Shown here: positions 1-12,871 of the stretch, in pieces
Numbering within the stretch: position 1 is the stretch's first letter
How the letters are laid out: the number at the start of each line of letters is the position of its first letter
Origin: Octopus vulgaris
Taxonomy: Eukaryota
Assembly (NCBI GenBank): GCA_951406725.2
Contig: OX597836.1
Span: forward strand, 22,382,001 to 22,446,000
Reading direction: 5' to 3'
Length of the DNA stretch: 64,000 nucleotides
Notes under the pieces: model-generated
What the model saw: the letters and a program-made list of their open reading frames with translations, nothing else
Databases searched by the model: none
Told to the model about the DNA's origin: nothing
Position numbers and translations under genes: made by a program

Positions 1-319
1 ATAAGTATGTCAACATATATTGTAGCCAGTAGACCTCTGCTTCTGTGGACATACATTGATCCCCAGAGTAACACCCACCCCCCGCCATGCGTTCAATCCT
101 GGCACTAAATTCACCATGCTCTACTCCCAGACAGCTATCAGCTGATTATTTAGGGTTTCACACCACCACTGGCAGGTGAAATAATAATGGAGATAAACCA
201 ACAAAGCAAAGCAAAGCAAATCAGCCAAGACAGTTCTTATCACTTCTTTACATTATTTATGTTCACCTTCCAAAATGAATATTTACTTTTCTTTTTCTCC
301 CCTTTTTATTTTTTTAATC

Positions 320-554
320 TTTTATCTTTTACTTGTTTCAGACATTAATTAGACTGTGGAACATCCTGGGGTACCACCTTCAGAAATTTTCAGTCAAATG
401 AATCAACTTCAGTAATAATTTTTCTTTATTTTTTAAGCCTGGTACTTATTCTATCAATCTCTTTTGCCGAACTGCTAAGTTGTGGGGATGTAAACACACC
501 AATTTTCCAGTGGTGGTAGGGAACAAACAAATACACACATTATATATATATATA

Positions 555-598
<44 letters not shown>

Positions 599-765
599 TA
601 TACATGACAGGCTTCTTTCAGTTTCCGTCTACCAAATCCACTCACAAGGCCTTGATTGGCCCAAGGCTATAGTAGAGGACAATCGCCCAAGGGGCCACAC
701 AGTGAGACTGAACCTGGAACCGTATGGTTGGGAACCGAGCTCCTTACCACCCGGTAATGCCTGTG
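320..765 (-). mobile_element. SINE family B (tRNA-like head, CORE-like block, CR1-type tail)
   Basis: Reverse complement of the recurrent unit GTGGTAAG..GGTTCAGTC..CCTTGGGC..GAGTGGATTTGGTAGACGGAAACTGAAAGAAGC-(TA/CA)n-..GAATAAGTAC..GAAACAAGTAAAAGA. Confidence 0.85.
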
Positions 766-1494
766 CCTTTTTTCTTTTTCTCATAAAATTTTGTCCAGGA
801 ATCCCACCCCAGTGTAGAGACTGCAAACCACTGAGGTCCCTCCCCCAATCCCCATTATAAAACAGTTAAGAAACTGAGAAAAATCCCTTGCTATCTTAAG
901 AAGAAGATAAGTCTAGCACAAATATCCCTGGCCTAAAATGAATCTAAACTACCAGTTCTCCTCGCAGCTAGGTAAACAAGAGATAATATAGAGACAGACA
1001 TGTTTGATATAACTTCATATTGCCACCATCACCACCACCACCACCACCACCACCACCGCCACCGCCACCATTACCTAGGTCGTGACAGTCTTATCTCATT
1101 CTAACTGTTTTGCCCACCACACCCACCGCTTCTACTCCCATCACTAGCGTGTCAAAACAATGGTCTGGCTGGAGGCAGTATTTGATGATATAGAGCAAAG
1201 GAATGGGAAGTGGAACTGGATTGGTCGGAGCGGAGTAAGGGATATATATCTCTTAGGTTGAAGGTAACAGTACCACATGGTGGTGGTGGTGGAGGATGAA
1301 GAGGATAAGGAGGAGGAGCAGAGGAAGAACAGGAGGAGGAGAAGGAGCAGAAGAACAGAAGGAGGAATCCTCTAGAATTTCTTACTCATGATTCTACCAA
1401 CTTATTGCTTTCATTCTTTTACATATTTCAATCCTAAGGCTGTGGCCATGCTGGAGCAACGCTAGTAATAATAATGATAATAATAATAATAATA

Positions 1495-1748
1495 ACAATT
1501 CCTATCATAGTAGGTGCATTAGGCATGATAAAAAAATATTCAGACAAATACATAACAAAAACACCAGGACTTACAAACACATATAACATACAGAAAATTG
1601 CACTACTAGGCACTGCACACATCCTACGCAGAACACTTTCCATACAATAACCATCAGAGCATCACAACAAATCACAGCACATACCCAAGGCACACAGAGC
1701 TGCGCTCGGTAGTGAAGTGAAAGCACGCTATAAAAATAAAACTACTGA
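1495..1748 (+). mobile_element. 5'-truncated R4/Dong-type non-LTR retrotransposon 3' end
   Basis: Reads TIPIIVGALGMIKKYSDKYITKTPGLTNTYNIQKIALLGTAHILRRTLSIQ* followed by a 3' UTR. Homologous to 29560-29817 and flanked by (TAA)n on both sides. Confidence 0.85.
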
Positions 1749-1861
1749 ATAATAATGATAATAATAATAATGATAATAATGATGATAATGATGATAATGA
1801 TAATAATGATGATAATAATAATAATAATAATAATAATACCAATAATAATAATAATAATAAT

Positions 1862-3096
1862 AATCGTTTCCACTAAAGGCAGAAGGCCTGAAACTGGTGG
1901 GGAGGGGACTAGTTGAAGTAATCGACCCCAATATTTGACTGATACTTATTTTATCGACTCCAGAAGGACGAGAGGCAAAGTTGACCTCCATGCAATAATA
2001 ATAATCTTTTTTCTACAATGGGCACAAGGCCTGAAATTTGGGGAAAGGGAATAGTGATTACATCAGCCCCCAGTACTCAACTGGTACTTATTTTATCAAC
2101 TCCTAAAGGATGAAGAGTAAAGTCAACCTTGGGGAAATTAGAACCCAGGACATGAGGACAGATGAAATACTGTTAAACATTTCATCCAGTGTGCTAACAA
2201 TTTTGCCAGTTCATCATCATCATCATCATCGTTTAACATCCGCTTTCCATGCTAGCATGGGTTGGACGAATGACTGAGGGCTGGCGAACCACATGGCTGC
2301 ACCAGGCTTCAATCTTGATCTGGCAGAGTTTCTACAGCTGGATGCCCTTCCTAACGCCAACCACTCCAAGAGTGTAATGGGTGCTTTTACGTGCCACCGG
2401 CACGGGGCCAGTCAGGTGGTACTGGCAACGACCTCGCTTGAATCTTTTACACATACCACCGACATAGGTGGCGCCTTAATAATAATAATATTGGTTTCAA
2501 ACTTTGGCACAAGGCCAGCAATTTCAGGGGAAGGCATAAGTTGATTACATCAACCCTAGAACTCGACTGGTACTTATTTTATCGACCCTTGAAAAGAAAG
2601 ATAAACTTGATATCAGCAGAATTTGAACTCAGAACATAATGAAGGATGAAATACCACTAATGATTCTGCCAAAATAATCCTTTCACAAGGACTGAAATTT
2701 TGGGAAAGGGGGATAGTTGATTACATCAATCCCAATCCTCAACTGGTACTTATTTTCTCAACCCTAACCCCTAGCGGAATTTGAACCCAGAATGTAAAAA
2801 ACAGATAAAGACCTGCTAAATATTTTGCCCAGCATGCAAATGATTCTACAGTTCACCGCCTCTAATGATGACGATGATAAAAATGGTTTCAAATTTTGGC
2901 ACAAGGCCAGCAATTTTGGAGAAGGAGTTGTCAATAACATCAGTCCTCATCCTCAACGGGTACTCATTTTAGTGACCCTGAAAGGATGAAAGGTGAAGTC
3001 GACCTTGGCAGAATTTGAACTCCGAATGTAAATCTAGAAGAGATGCTATTAAATATTTTGTCCAACACGCTAACAGTTCTGCCAGCTCACTTCCTC

Positions 3097-3097
<1 letters not shown>
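1862..3097 (-). mobile_element. Head-to-tail cluster of about five SINE A' units with a nested RTE-type tail at 2214-2465
   Basis: Repeated ~190-bp units (CACAAGGCC..CTGGTACTTATTTTATCGACCC..AAAGTCGACC..GAATTTGAACTC..TCTGCCAGCTC) separated by AAT-type spacers. Confidence 0.8.
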
Positions 3098-3145
<48 letters not shown>

Positions 3146-3354
3146 GTGAACAAGAGAGTATGTGCATGTGCGTTTCTTATTGCTATAATGACATCCCCAT
3201 CCCACCCAGGGAGCAATAAAGGAATTATGTTGCTCATATTATAGATACAATATAATAACTACAATAGGATGATATATATAAACAGATTTATGATCTGGGG
3301 ATAAGTAAATCAAAATTCAAATGTCTTAATATATCTGTCTTCTATAGCTTCATA

Positions 3355-3451
3355 TATGCACCCATATATATATATCCATATATATACATATATACATACA
3401 TATATATACATATATACATATATACATACATATATATACATATATACATGC

Positions 3452-3518
<67 letters not shown>

Positions 3519-3687
3519 CATATATATATACATACATATAAATATATACATACATACATACATATGTATACATACATACATACACATACATATACATACA
3601 TATATATAAACCCATGCTAGCATGGAAAGCGGACGTTAAATGACGATGATGATACATATATACATATATATAAATATACATATGCAC

Positions 3688-3738
<51 letters not shown>

Positions 3739-3880
3739 CACATACACACACAAATATATAGTCGCACACAAACATATGTATTTATATTTATACAAACACA
3801 TATATAGATATACATATGCAGGTATGAATATATATATATATGTGTTTGTATATTGTGTGTGTTTATATACACACATACAC
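3355..3880. repeat. Compound (TA)n/(TACA)n microsatellite
   Basis: Directly visible. It is the source of the spurious YIYI ORFs and contains a short RTE-type tail at about 3609-3652. Confidence 0.95.
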
Positions 3881-4206
3881 CATTATTTGTCTATATATAT
3901 AATACGGGATCCAGTTTCTTCTTCCACAAATATTCATTCACACATGATTTGCTCAGAGTGGATGATATGCATGTGTATGTGTGCATGTGTATGTGTATGT
4001 GTGTATTGATGCACGTAGCCAAATGTAAATAATGCATGTGAGCAGCATTAATGCACACATTTAATGCATCTGCAGCATCTATATGTGCATTTGCTTCTCC
4101 ACCTGCACCCCCCCACACACACACGCACACACTCTCTCTTTACCATTTTTTTTTAGTCTATATCTGTTATTCTTTGACTTCCTTCCATATGCAGAGTTTA
4201 TTAGCT

Positions 4207-4207
<1 letters not shown>

Positions 4208-4240
<33 letters not shown>

Positions 4241-4360
4241 GTAGTAATAGTAATAATAATGATGATGATAATAACAATAATAATAATAATAATAATAGTA
4301 ATAATAATGATGATGATAATAACAATAATAATAATAATAATAATAGTAATAATAATGATG

Positions 4361-4429
<69 letters not shown>

Positions 4430-4444
4430 GCAACAACAACAACA
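4208..4444. repeat. (AAT)n microsatellite with higher-order AGT/GAT/AAC variants
   Basis: Directly visible. Confidence 0.95.
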
Positions 4445-4993
4445 GTCCTTTAAAATTTATGTTATAGGGATTTTTTATTATTATTATTTTTTCTTTTTTT
4501 TGCTGTTGATGTTATTTCATGTTGGAAGCAAGGGAAAAAAAGAAGTGAGAGTAAAAAATGAAGGTGGATTTTTTTCTTTTTTTTCTCTTTTTTTTATCTT
4601 ACTGTTCTTACATTTAGATACTCACTCTCTAACCCCTACCCCTCTACCCCCCCCCATCCCTATACTGCCTCGCTAATCTCCTCTTCTACATCTAAACCTC
4701 TCAACCGTGCAGAAGCATCAGTACTTATTTCGGGGTTGAGTTGACATAACCATTTTGGCTTGTGCTATCATTATTAATTATAAGGTTTCTAATCCTGTGA
4801 CCTTCTCGACAACGAACAGTACCTACTTCCAACTTGATGGCTGTGAATAGATGCAAAAAGAGAAACTATTCTGTTCTCTTGCTGCCCCAGGAGATACCAC
4901 AGGTCTGTTTGCAGGTAACTTTGCCTGGTGATTTGTGATGCAATAAAATGTTGGTTATGAGATTTCAAAATTGCAAGAGCTTGGGTTCCGTTG

Positions 4994-5025
<32 letters not shown>

Positions 5026-5027
<2 letters not shown>

Positions 5028-5467
5028 GGCAGCGAGCTGGCAGAATTATTAGCATGCTGGGCAAAATGCCTCGTGGCATTTCATCCGTCCTTACAATCTG
5101 AGTTCAAATTCCACCAAGGTCGGCTTTCCCTTTCATCCTTTCCGGGTCAATGAAAGAAGTACCAGTTATGCACTGAGGTCGACGTAGCTGACTAGCCCCC
5201 TCCACCAAAATTTCAGGCTTTGTGCCTATAGTAGAAAGGATTACTATTATCAAGGCGATGAGCTGGCAGAATCATTAGCATGCCAGGCAAGATGGTTAAT
5301 GTCATTTCGTCTGTCTTTGCATTCTGAGTTCAAATTCTGCCAAGGTTGGCTTTGTTTTTCATCATTTTGGGGTCAATGAAATAAGTACCAGTTACATACT
5401 GGGGTTGATGTAATCGACTAGCCCCCTCCCTCAATCTACAATTGGCCTTGTGCCAATAGTAGAAAGG

Positions 5468-5500
<33 letters not shown>

Positions 5501-6300
5501 ATTCTGATCGTCAAAATCTTCAAACTGACAGAATTGTTACCACGCAGGGTGAAACACTTACCAGTGTTTCAACCATCTTTCCATTCCGAGTTAAAATTCT
5601 GCTGAGATTGACTTTGCCTTTCATCCTTTCAGGGTTGATTAAATAAGTACCAGTTACACACTGGGGTTGATGTAATCGACTAGCCTCCTCGCCGTTTCTA
5701 CTTTTGACCTTGTACCAACAGTAGAAAGGATTATTATTTCATCTAGTTTCAGCTCACGAGCTGTGGCCATGCTGGGGCACTGCCATTTATTATCATTATT
5801 ATTAATATTACCATTATTATTAATATTATTCTGATGATCAAAATCTCCCAAAGTGATGAACTAGCAAATTTATTAGAATGCCGGATGAAATGCTTGCCAA
5901 TAATTTATCCACCTTCATGTTCTGAGTTAAAATGTTGCTGAGGTTGACTTTGCCTTTCATCCTTTTGGTGTCAATTAAATAAGTACCAGTGGAACACTAG
6001 GGTCGATGACATCAACTAGTCTCCTGTCCCAAATATCAGGCCTTGCCCCTTCAGTAGAAAGGATTATTATTATTAGTAGTAGTTGTAACGCGGCAAGTTG
6101 GCAGAATCTTTGCCACACCAAACAAAATGCTAAGTGACATTTTGTTCATCTTTACACTGAGTTCAAATTTTACGAGATCAACTTTGCTTTTTGTCCTTTC
6201 GGGGTCGATAAAATAAGTACCAGTGGAGCACTGGGGCTGACATAATAAACTTACTTCCCACCCTGAAATTGCTGGCCTTGTGCCAAAATTTGAAGCCATT
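5026..6300 (+). mobile_element. Head-to-tail array of five SINE A' units
   Basis: Units start near AAGGCAGCGAGCTGGCAGAA (A-box-like), contain GAGTTCAAATT (B-box-like) and end GTAGAAAGGATTATT or GCCAAAATTTGAAGCCATT. A ~45-bp CR1-type tail lies on the opposite strand at 5740-5787. Confidence 0.85.
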
Positions 6301-7031
6301 ATTATTAGTTAACTAGATTAGCCATTTGACTTATTGACTAATGGATTAATCATTTTATCAGTCAATCAATCAACTAGGTTTGTTTGAGTCCTTTCATCAC
6401 CATTCACAGGTTAACTACTTTAATAATAATAAAAGAAGTGAAATAGAACCAGTGTGTGTTTATCATTGGCATAATGACTCTCCCAAAATCCAACAAAATT
6501 TTTCCCAACACATGAGTTCACACCAAGAATTTTTCAAACCAAATGCGAAAACAAAATTATGAAAGTTTGACTTGATAAATAAATATATAAAATGCTAATA
6601 TTTTTTTTTGTCCCCAACTCCCTTCAAAAGAGCTTTTAAAAGCTAGATGGTTCTTAGCTCTGGCTTCATGGCATTAAGTTAACAAGATATAAAAAAAAAC
6701 AAAATCTTCCCAAGGAAATGTTGCATGTCTATCATAGGCAACATTTCCACTTGATCTGCTGCATATCTCAAATTTGCTCAGTGAACCAATGAGAAGAGAA
6801 TTACACACTTTAGTCAAATACATGATGAACAGCATTCAATGAAATAGCTTCAGTGGAAGTCATTCAGTCAACCTGCTACAAATACACATGCATCTCAAGA
6901 GTAAATAGACGCTTCTCTTTATACCATTTTATATATGCAACACGCAACTACATAGTGTTTCAAGCCTGTATTATTTTTTATTTTTATTTTAGATTATAGT
7001 GTGTTAATTGTTAACAGTAACTGACCATACC

Positions 7032-7266
7032 TATTTCTTTATTACCCACAAGGGGCTAAACATAGAGGGGACAAACAAGGACAGACATAGGTATTAAGTC
7101 GATTACGTCGACCCCAGTACGTAACTGGCACTTAATTTATCGACCCTGAAAGGATGAAAGGCAAAGTCGACCTCGGCGGAATTTGAACTCACAACGTAAC
7201 GGCAGACGAAATACCGCTTGGCATTTCGCCCGGTGTGCTAACGTTTCTGCCAGCTCGCTGCCTTAC
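7032..7266 (-). mobile_element. Full-length SINE A with 11-bp TSD
   Basis: TSD CTGACCATACC at 7021-7031 and 7267-7277. tRNA-like head and GCCTTTCATCCTTTC.GGGTCGATAAA central block. Confidence 0.92.
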
Positions 7267-7589
7267 CTGACCATACCATGAACACCAGGTGCAAAAGACT
7301 TGGTTGATTTTCAAAGAGAGCATCTTTTTTTTTGATTCCCATGATTCTCTGTCACCATCCAATTCCATTATTATGAATTTGAATTGGGAGCTTGAATTAT
7401 AACGAGTTTTTCATTAGCTAATTACCTAACCATGGATGCCACCCCTATGGATGCAAAGTGGTTACTCTCTTGATAGAGGAATCCTAGATCTTGACCCCTG
7501 ATTCAGGTTTCCTCCACTCAGCATCAATGTAAGAAGCACCATTGGCTCACTGCCTCTTCACAATCCACCCTGCTGCAGTCCCATGACTT

Positions 7590-7800
7590 TGCCGTATCCC
7601 TGGCATACTGTAAGTCAATCTGAGTGTGAACATAGCCAACTTAGCTATCATAAGACTATACAAAACCTTGGGATTCCTCCTGCTACAGTCAACAGAACGG
7701 CTGTACAATTCACCAGTGATAGAAAGAAATCAACAGTATCCCATTCAGGTCGACCAGGACCCTCAGACAAGTGCCTTTGGACTGTAGAAGTAAGGCAGCT
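7590..7800 (+). pseudogene. Degenerate Tc1-like transposase N-terminal (HTH) fragment
   Basis: LSYHKTIQNLGIPPATVNRTAVQF..SHSGRP resembles the paired-like HTH plus GRP motif of Tc1 transposases. No catalytic domain is visible. Confidence 0.5.
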
Positions 7801-7873
7801 GATATTTCAAAATGAGTCAGAGTACTTCTGTGAATTATCTCCATCAACTTGGCTACTATAGCAGAGCAGCTAG

Positions 7874-8170
7874 TTGTTTGTTCCTTCTCGAGCCATGCCT
7901 GGCTCATAAGGGCCGGTTTCTTGGCATATAGGTTCCCCACCTGGATGGGACGCCAGTCCGTCGCAGGTGAGCTGCAAGATGCAGGAGGAAAGAGTGAGAG
8001 AAAGTTGTGGCGAAAGAGTCAGCAGAAGTTTCGCCATTACCTTCTGCTGGAGCCGCATGGAGCTTAGGTGTTTCGCTTATAAACACACACATTGCCCGGT
8101 CTAAGATTCGAACCCGCGATCCCTCGACCGCGAGTCCACTGCTCTAACCACTAAGCCATGTGCCTCCACT
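7874..8170 (-). mobile_element. SINE family E with 12-bp TSD
   Basis: TSD CAGAGCAGCTAG at 7862-7873 and 8171-8182. Minus-strand head TGGCTTAGTGGTTAGAGC..GGGTTCGAATC carries A and B boxes. Confidence 0.92.
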
Positions 8171-8705
8171 CAGAGCAGCTAGAAGGAAACATCATCGTTG
8201 ACAAGTAAATATCTCCAAAGAAGGAAGAAGAAATAAATTGTTCAAAACTGATGGTGTCTAGTTACTTTTGAGATGCTTGAGCAGATACAGTATGGCTGGT
8301 TGGTTAAGAAGTTTGTTTTGCAAGCCATGAGGTCCCTGGTTTGATCCTACTCCAAATCCTAAGGAAAATATAGTTAAAATAATCAGATAGAATAAATACC
8401 AGAGATACTTTGATTCAGCAGAAACCAAAGGAAACACTTATAAACTAGAAATCTAAAATGGAATGTTACAACTAAGAAAAGACTGTCATAACTGAGACAC
8501 AAATTAATGTCATTGACTAAGAAAATCAGAATGTCATAACTAAATGACGGACTGGTGTCTTTCTCACACAGCACAGTCATTCAATGCAGGTTATACACAT
8601 ATATAAATGCTTGTTTTATGTCAAATTATATATAAAAACAATTTAACTTTAAACAGAAGGATTGCTCAAAATTCTGAAATTACTGTCAACCTTTTCTTGT
8701 AAAAG

Positions 8706-8791
<86 letters not shown>

Positions 8792-9183
8792 CATATATTC
8801 TAAGCTGAAGTGAAGACAGCATGTTCTTTGTCTATCTTCTTGAGGTTTTAGGTAAAATTATACGAATGTGTCCATCTGTTTTAATTTAATTTAATTCTAT
8901 GTCTTTATGCAGCTGAGGATTGCTCTGCATTTCAATTGATGTAATGGTTGCATTGTTCAATTAAATGAAGTTGCTTATTTTGATTTTATATATATATATA
9001 TATATAGCTATACATATATACACACACATGTATATGTATTTTCTTTACTTGTGGGTTAACCAGGCTACCATTGATTTCATGTTAAGAGAAGTATATCCCT
9101 TAACAATTATCAAGCATATTGCATGGGAAGTTGATGCTCATGCAGTGTTGAGCACTCCTTTTCACTGTCCTATATTAATGTGC

Positions 9184-9236
<53 letters not shown>

Positions 9237-9717
9237 CTGAACATAAGATGGGTACAATATGTGAGCCGGATACAGCCAGTTTAGATAATAAAGGGTTAAC
9301 AAGCCAAAATTTGAACAACTAACTATGAGCAGACTGTGCACGGGTATAAGTGCTGGGAGAACATCTACGAACGATATGTTAAATATACAAATTGTATAGC
9401 AAACAGGTCTTCTGAAGAAAATTATATTCAGCAAATGAGCTGAAATTTGAATAACAAATGAGGAGATTGCACAGATATAAGTGGCTGTGAGAGCCTATAG
9501 AAACGGTTCATTATCATCCATGTATGTAATTCATGGAGCTTGCAAATTTCCATATTTTATATAGAAAATAATAATGTTTCTTGTATGTTTAGTTAAAAAC
9601 AACCATGGAACAACAGAAGTAAGACAAAGGGGAAAATGCACACATACATACACACACACATATTTTATTCTTTTACTTGGTTCAGTCATTTGACTGCTGC
9701 CATGCTGGAGCACTGCC

Positions 9718-9946
9718 TTAACACTTTAGTGTTCAGATTACTCTGTAAAATGTAATACTTTTTTCACTCAAATTGTTTTGAATCAATCATGCATTATTGC
9801 ATAGCTTTCAGGTTTCAATGATGTGATTGCTTATTTTTATAATATCAATGTAGGTTAGGTGTGAGAGGCTGGATATCGCCAGTTTGAATATAAAATATGT
9901 AGAATATCAGGGCCAGATATGGCCGGTTTAAACACTAAAGGGTTAA
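9718..9946. mobile_element. piggyBac-type MITE (family D) inserted in a SINE B copy (about 9665-10270)
   Basis: TTAA at both ends and TIR CTTTAGTGTT/AACACTAAAG. SINE B sequence resumes on both sides. Confidence 0.85.
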
Positions 9947-10544
9947 AGGGTTTATGTCGATCAATTCAACCCCAGGGCTTATTTTTAAGCCTCATATTTA
10001 TTTTATCAGTCTCTTTGCCGAACCACTAAGTTACAGAGACGTAAACACACCAACACTGGTTGTCAGGCAATGGTGAAGACAAACACAGACACACACACAC
10101 AGATAGATATATACGACAGGCTTCTTTCAGTTTCCGTCTACCAAACCCACTCTCAAGGCTTTGGTTGGCCCGAGACTATAGAACGACACTTTCCCAAAGT
10201 GCCACACATTAGGACTGAACCCAGAACCATGTGGTTGGGAAGCAAGCTTCTTACCACACAGTCACACCTATGTATCTTTTGTCTGTTTCAATCTTTAGAC
10301 TGTGGCCATGCTGCAGCATCCCCTTGAAGAACTTTTAGTTGAATGAATTGACCCCAGAACTTATTTGTTTTATTTTTAAGCCTGGTACTTGTTCTATTTG
10401 CCTCTTTTTACGGAACAGACAAGTTATTGAGATGTAAACGAACCAACACTGGTTGCTAAGCAGTGGTGAGGGACAAATACAGACACAAAGACACGCACAA
10501 ACACATATGAACACACAAATGAATATATATATATATATATATAT

Positions 10545-10749
10545 TCAAAATGTGACCGTGTGTGTACCGTTGGCGATTTTTTTCCTCTGCCTTCCCTTCT
10601 TTGGATCTTTCCTTTTCCTATGTTTCTGACGAAGAACTCCACTCAAAACATTAAACCCTCCTTCTTTCCTGAGCACCCAATAATACTATACTTGTTCCAC
10701 GTCCTCGCATTATTGTGTTTTCTCTTTGTGTTTTCATGTTTGGATTAAC

Positions 10750-10750
<1 letters not shown>
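10545..10750 (+). mobile_element. Penelope-like pLTR-derived fragment in (TA)n
   Basis: About 200 bp between TA runs, carrying a decayed minimal hammerhead-like motif at 10622-10656. Confidence 0.55.
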
Positions 10751-10809
<59 letters not shown>

Positions 10810-12075
10810 CCACCAAAAAAAAAATGTATACACACTTCAGGAAAAGAATAATTTGTATAAATATTTGACTTGTATAAATAGCAATACCTCTTTCAATGTT
10901 TTATCAAATCATAACACTGAATAAATTGCAACAATACTGAACAAAAGTATTCATACAAATTTTTCCTTTCCCGAAGTGTGTATACATTTCCTTTTAGCAA
11001 TCTCTGTATAAAACACAAGACACACTTGTTTCAATTTCTGTCTACAAAAATCCACACACAAGGCTTTGGTCGGACCAAGAATATAGTAGAATAGTAGAAG
11101 ACACTTGCCCAATGTACCACACAGTGGGACTGAACCTGGAATCATGTGGTTGGGGAAGCAAACTTCTTACGACACAGTCACACCAGCACCTGTACATCAT
11201 GTATTTAGTATAGATGGAGGGATACATAACACACCATTTCATGCCTTTATGTAGGGTTTGTGTGTAGCTTGGAGGAGATAACACCTATTTATAGGTATTT
11301 CAATCACTCACGTAACAAACAATTTGGTTAATGAATGGGCTCCAGATTGGATTATGTTCATACTCAGAGACCCCACTGCACACATATATATATATACATA
11401 TATATATATATAATCACATCTGAGATTCCAGACCGTCCAACCAAAGACTAGTCACTTCTACGCTTCCATTTTCCAATCCTACATGAGAGGCCGCTTGATA
11501 CCAAGCTTGTCAGGCGAGTGGTAAATGTTCTTACTGGAAGATAATGAGATAACAAAAAACAAAACAAAATAATAATAATAATAATAATAAAATATATATA
11601 TATATAAAAAAAATAAATAAAATCCTAGTTCCGGGTATTGCTGATGTATGTAAGCCAACCTGACTGTGATGAATAAATAAAAAAGAAAGTAAGCACTCCT
11701 ATGCTGAAGGAGAATAGAGAAATAGTGATTAATCTGGTTTTAACTAATAATATGGAGGCTATATTTAGATACCAGAGTGATTCAGGTAGAAAACTATGGG
11801 TAAGAGAGAGAGAGAGAGAGCATGTGTGTGTGCGCATTCGTTTGTGTGTGAGTGTGTGTGTGTGTGAGTGTGCAGGATTGTGTGTGTGTTTGCAAAAGAG
11901 TATGAGTGTGTGTGTGTATGTGTGCAGAAGAGTTTGAGTGAGTGAGTGTGTGTGTGTGTGTGTGTATGCATGGGAGAGAGAATGTGTATGCATGCAAGAG
12001 ATAGTGTGTGTGTGTAAGTGTGTGTTTGCAAGAGTGTATATATGTATGTGTATGTGTTGAGGGTGTGTAAGTATG

Positions 12076-12871
12076 TACAGAGTGTCTGGGCTTAAATTCA
12101 ATGACATCTTTTTTTTTTCATGTTTCCTTTATTTTTTCAGGAAATGCTTGATGTACAGGTAGAACAGTCAACGGTGTTGGAGAGCATGAAGATTTTGAGA
12201 AAAGTTAAACGCCATGGATGACTTGGAAGCCATCTGAATATTGGAAAAGAATTACCAGTATCATGATGACTTGTGCTGGGTATCAAAATGCTACCATCAT
12301 GACTACTGCTTAATGTTCTGTCAACACTGCGAAGGCAGTAATTAATACATGACATGGATGGATGCAACAGGAACGGAGAAAACCATGACCAGCTGCATGG
12401 GACAGTAGGCGTTGATTGTCAGCTGGGTAGGACCGTAGGCGTTGATTGTCAGCATGCCAGAATTCATCCCCACAATCTTTGAACAGAAGCTTAAGCTCAA
12501 TTCAGATGACTGAATTAAGCTGTTGGAGACTTTGTTCAATCCCTGGCTGGAGAGGGTTGCCGCTGGAAGACCATATGTGTGGCAGCAGGATTTGGCTTCT
12601 TGCCGTATCTCCAGAAAGAGCCAGAAGTGATTTTTGGAGGATTTCAACGACTTCACCAGCTGCACTTTCTGGACTTCCAAATCCCTCAATTTTAATCCTA
12701 TGTGTTGCTTATGGATGAGAAAGACACCAACCGCTCTGCCAGGACCTAGCTGGTGCCAAGAAGACAGGGGTGTTCAAAGATCTTCCCAGGGACACAGTGA
12801 GGAATGCATGCGCCAGGTTCTGGAACCATCTTGAGGCTGTCGTAGAAGTTGAGGGCAGATACTCTGAGTAA
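12076..12871 (+). pseudogene. Decayed maT/mariner-type DNA transposon
   Basis: Fragmented frames read IKLLETLFNPWLERVAAGRPYVWQQD and FWTSKSLNFNPM, homologous to 61257-61760. Contains stops and frameshifts. TA-CAGAGTG left end. Confidence 0.75.

Noticed and set aside
3310-4467. Long YIYI, NNN and LLL ORFs (also near 11625, 24083, 44303, 46378 and 47083)
   Set aside because: They are stop-free simply because they are di- or trinucleotide repeats.
6714-6748. 11-bp stem GGAAATGTTGC/GCAACATTTCC
   Set aside because: The pairing is real but short, too small for a miRNA precursor, and has no supporting context.
12108-12164. Acceptor-like TTTTTTCAG and 18-nt micro-exon candidate
   Set aside because: It lies inside a decayed mariner-type element and has no independent support.
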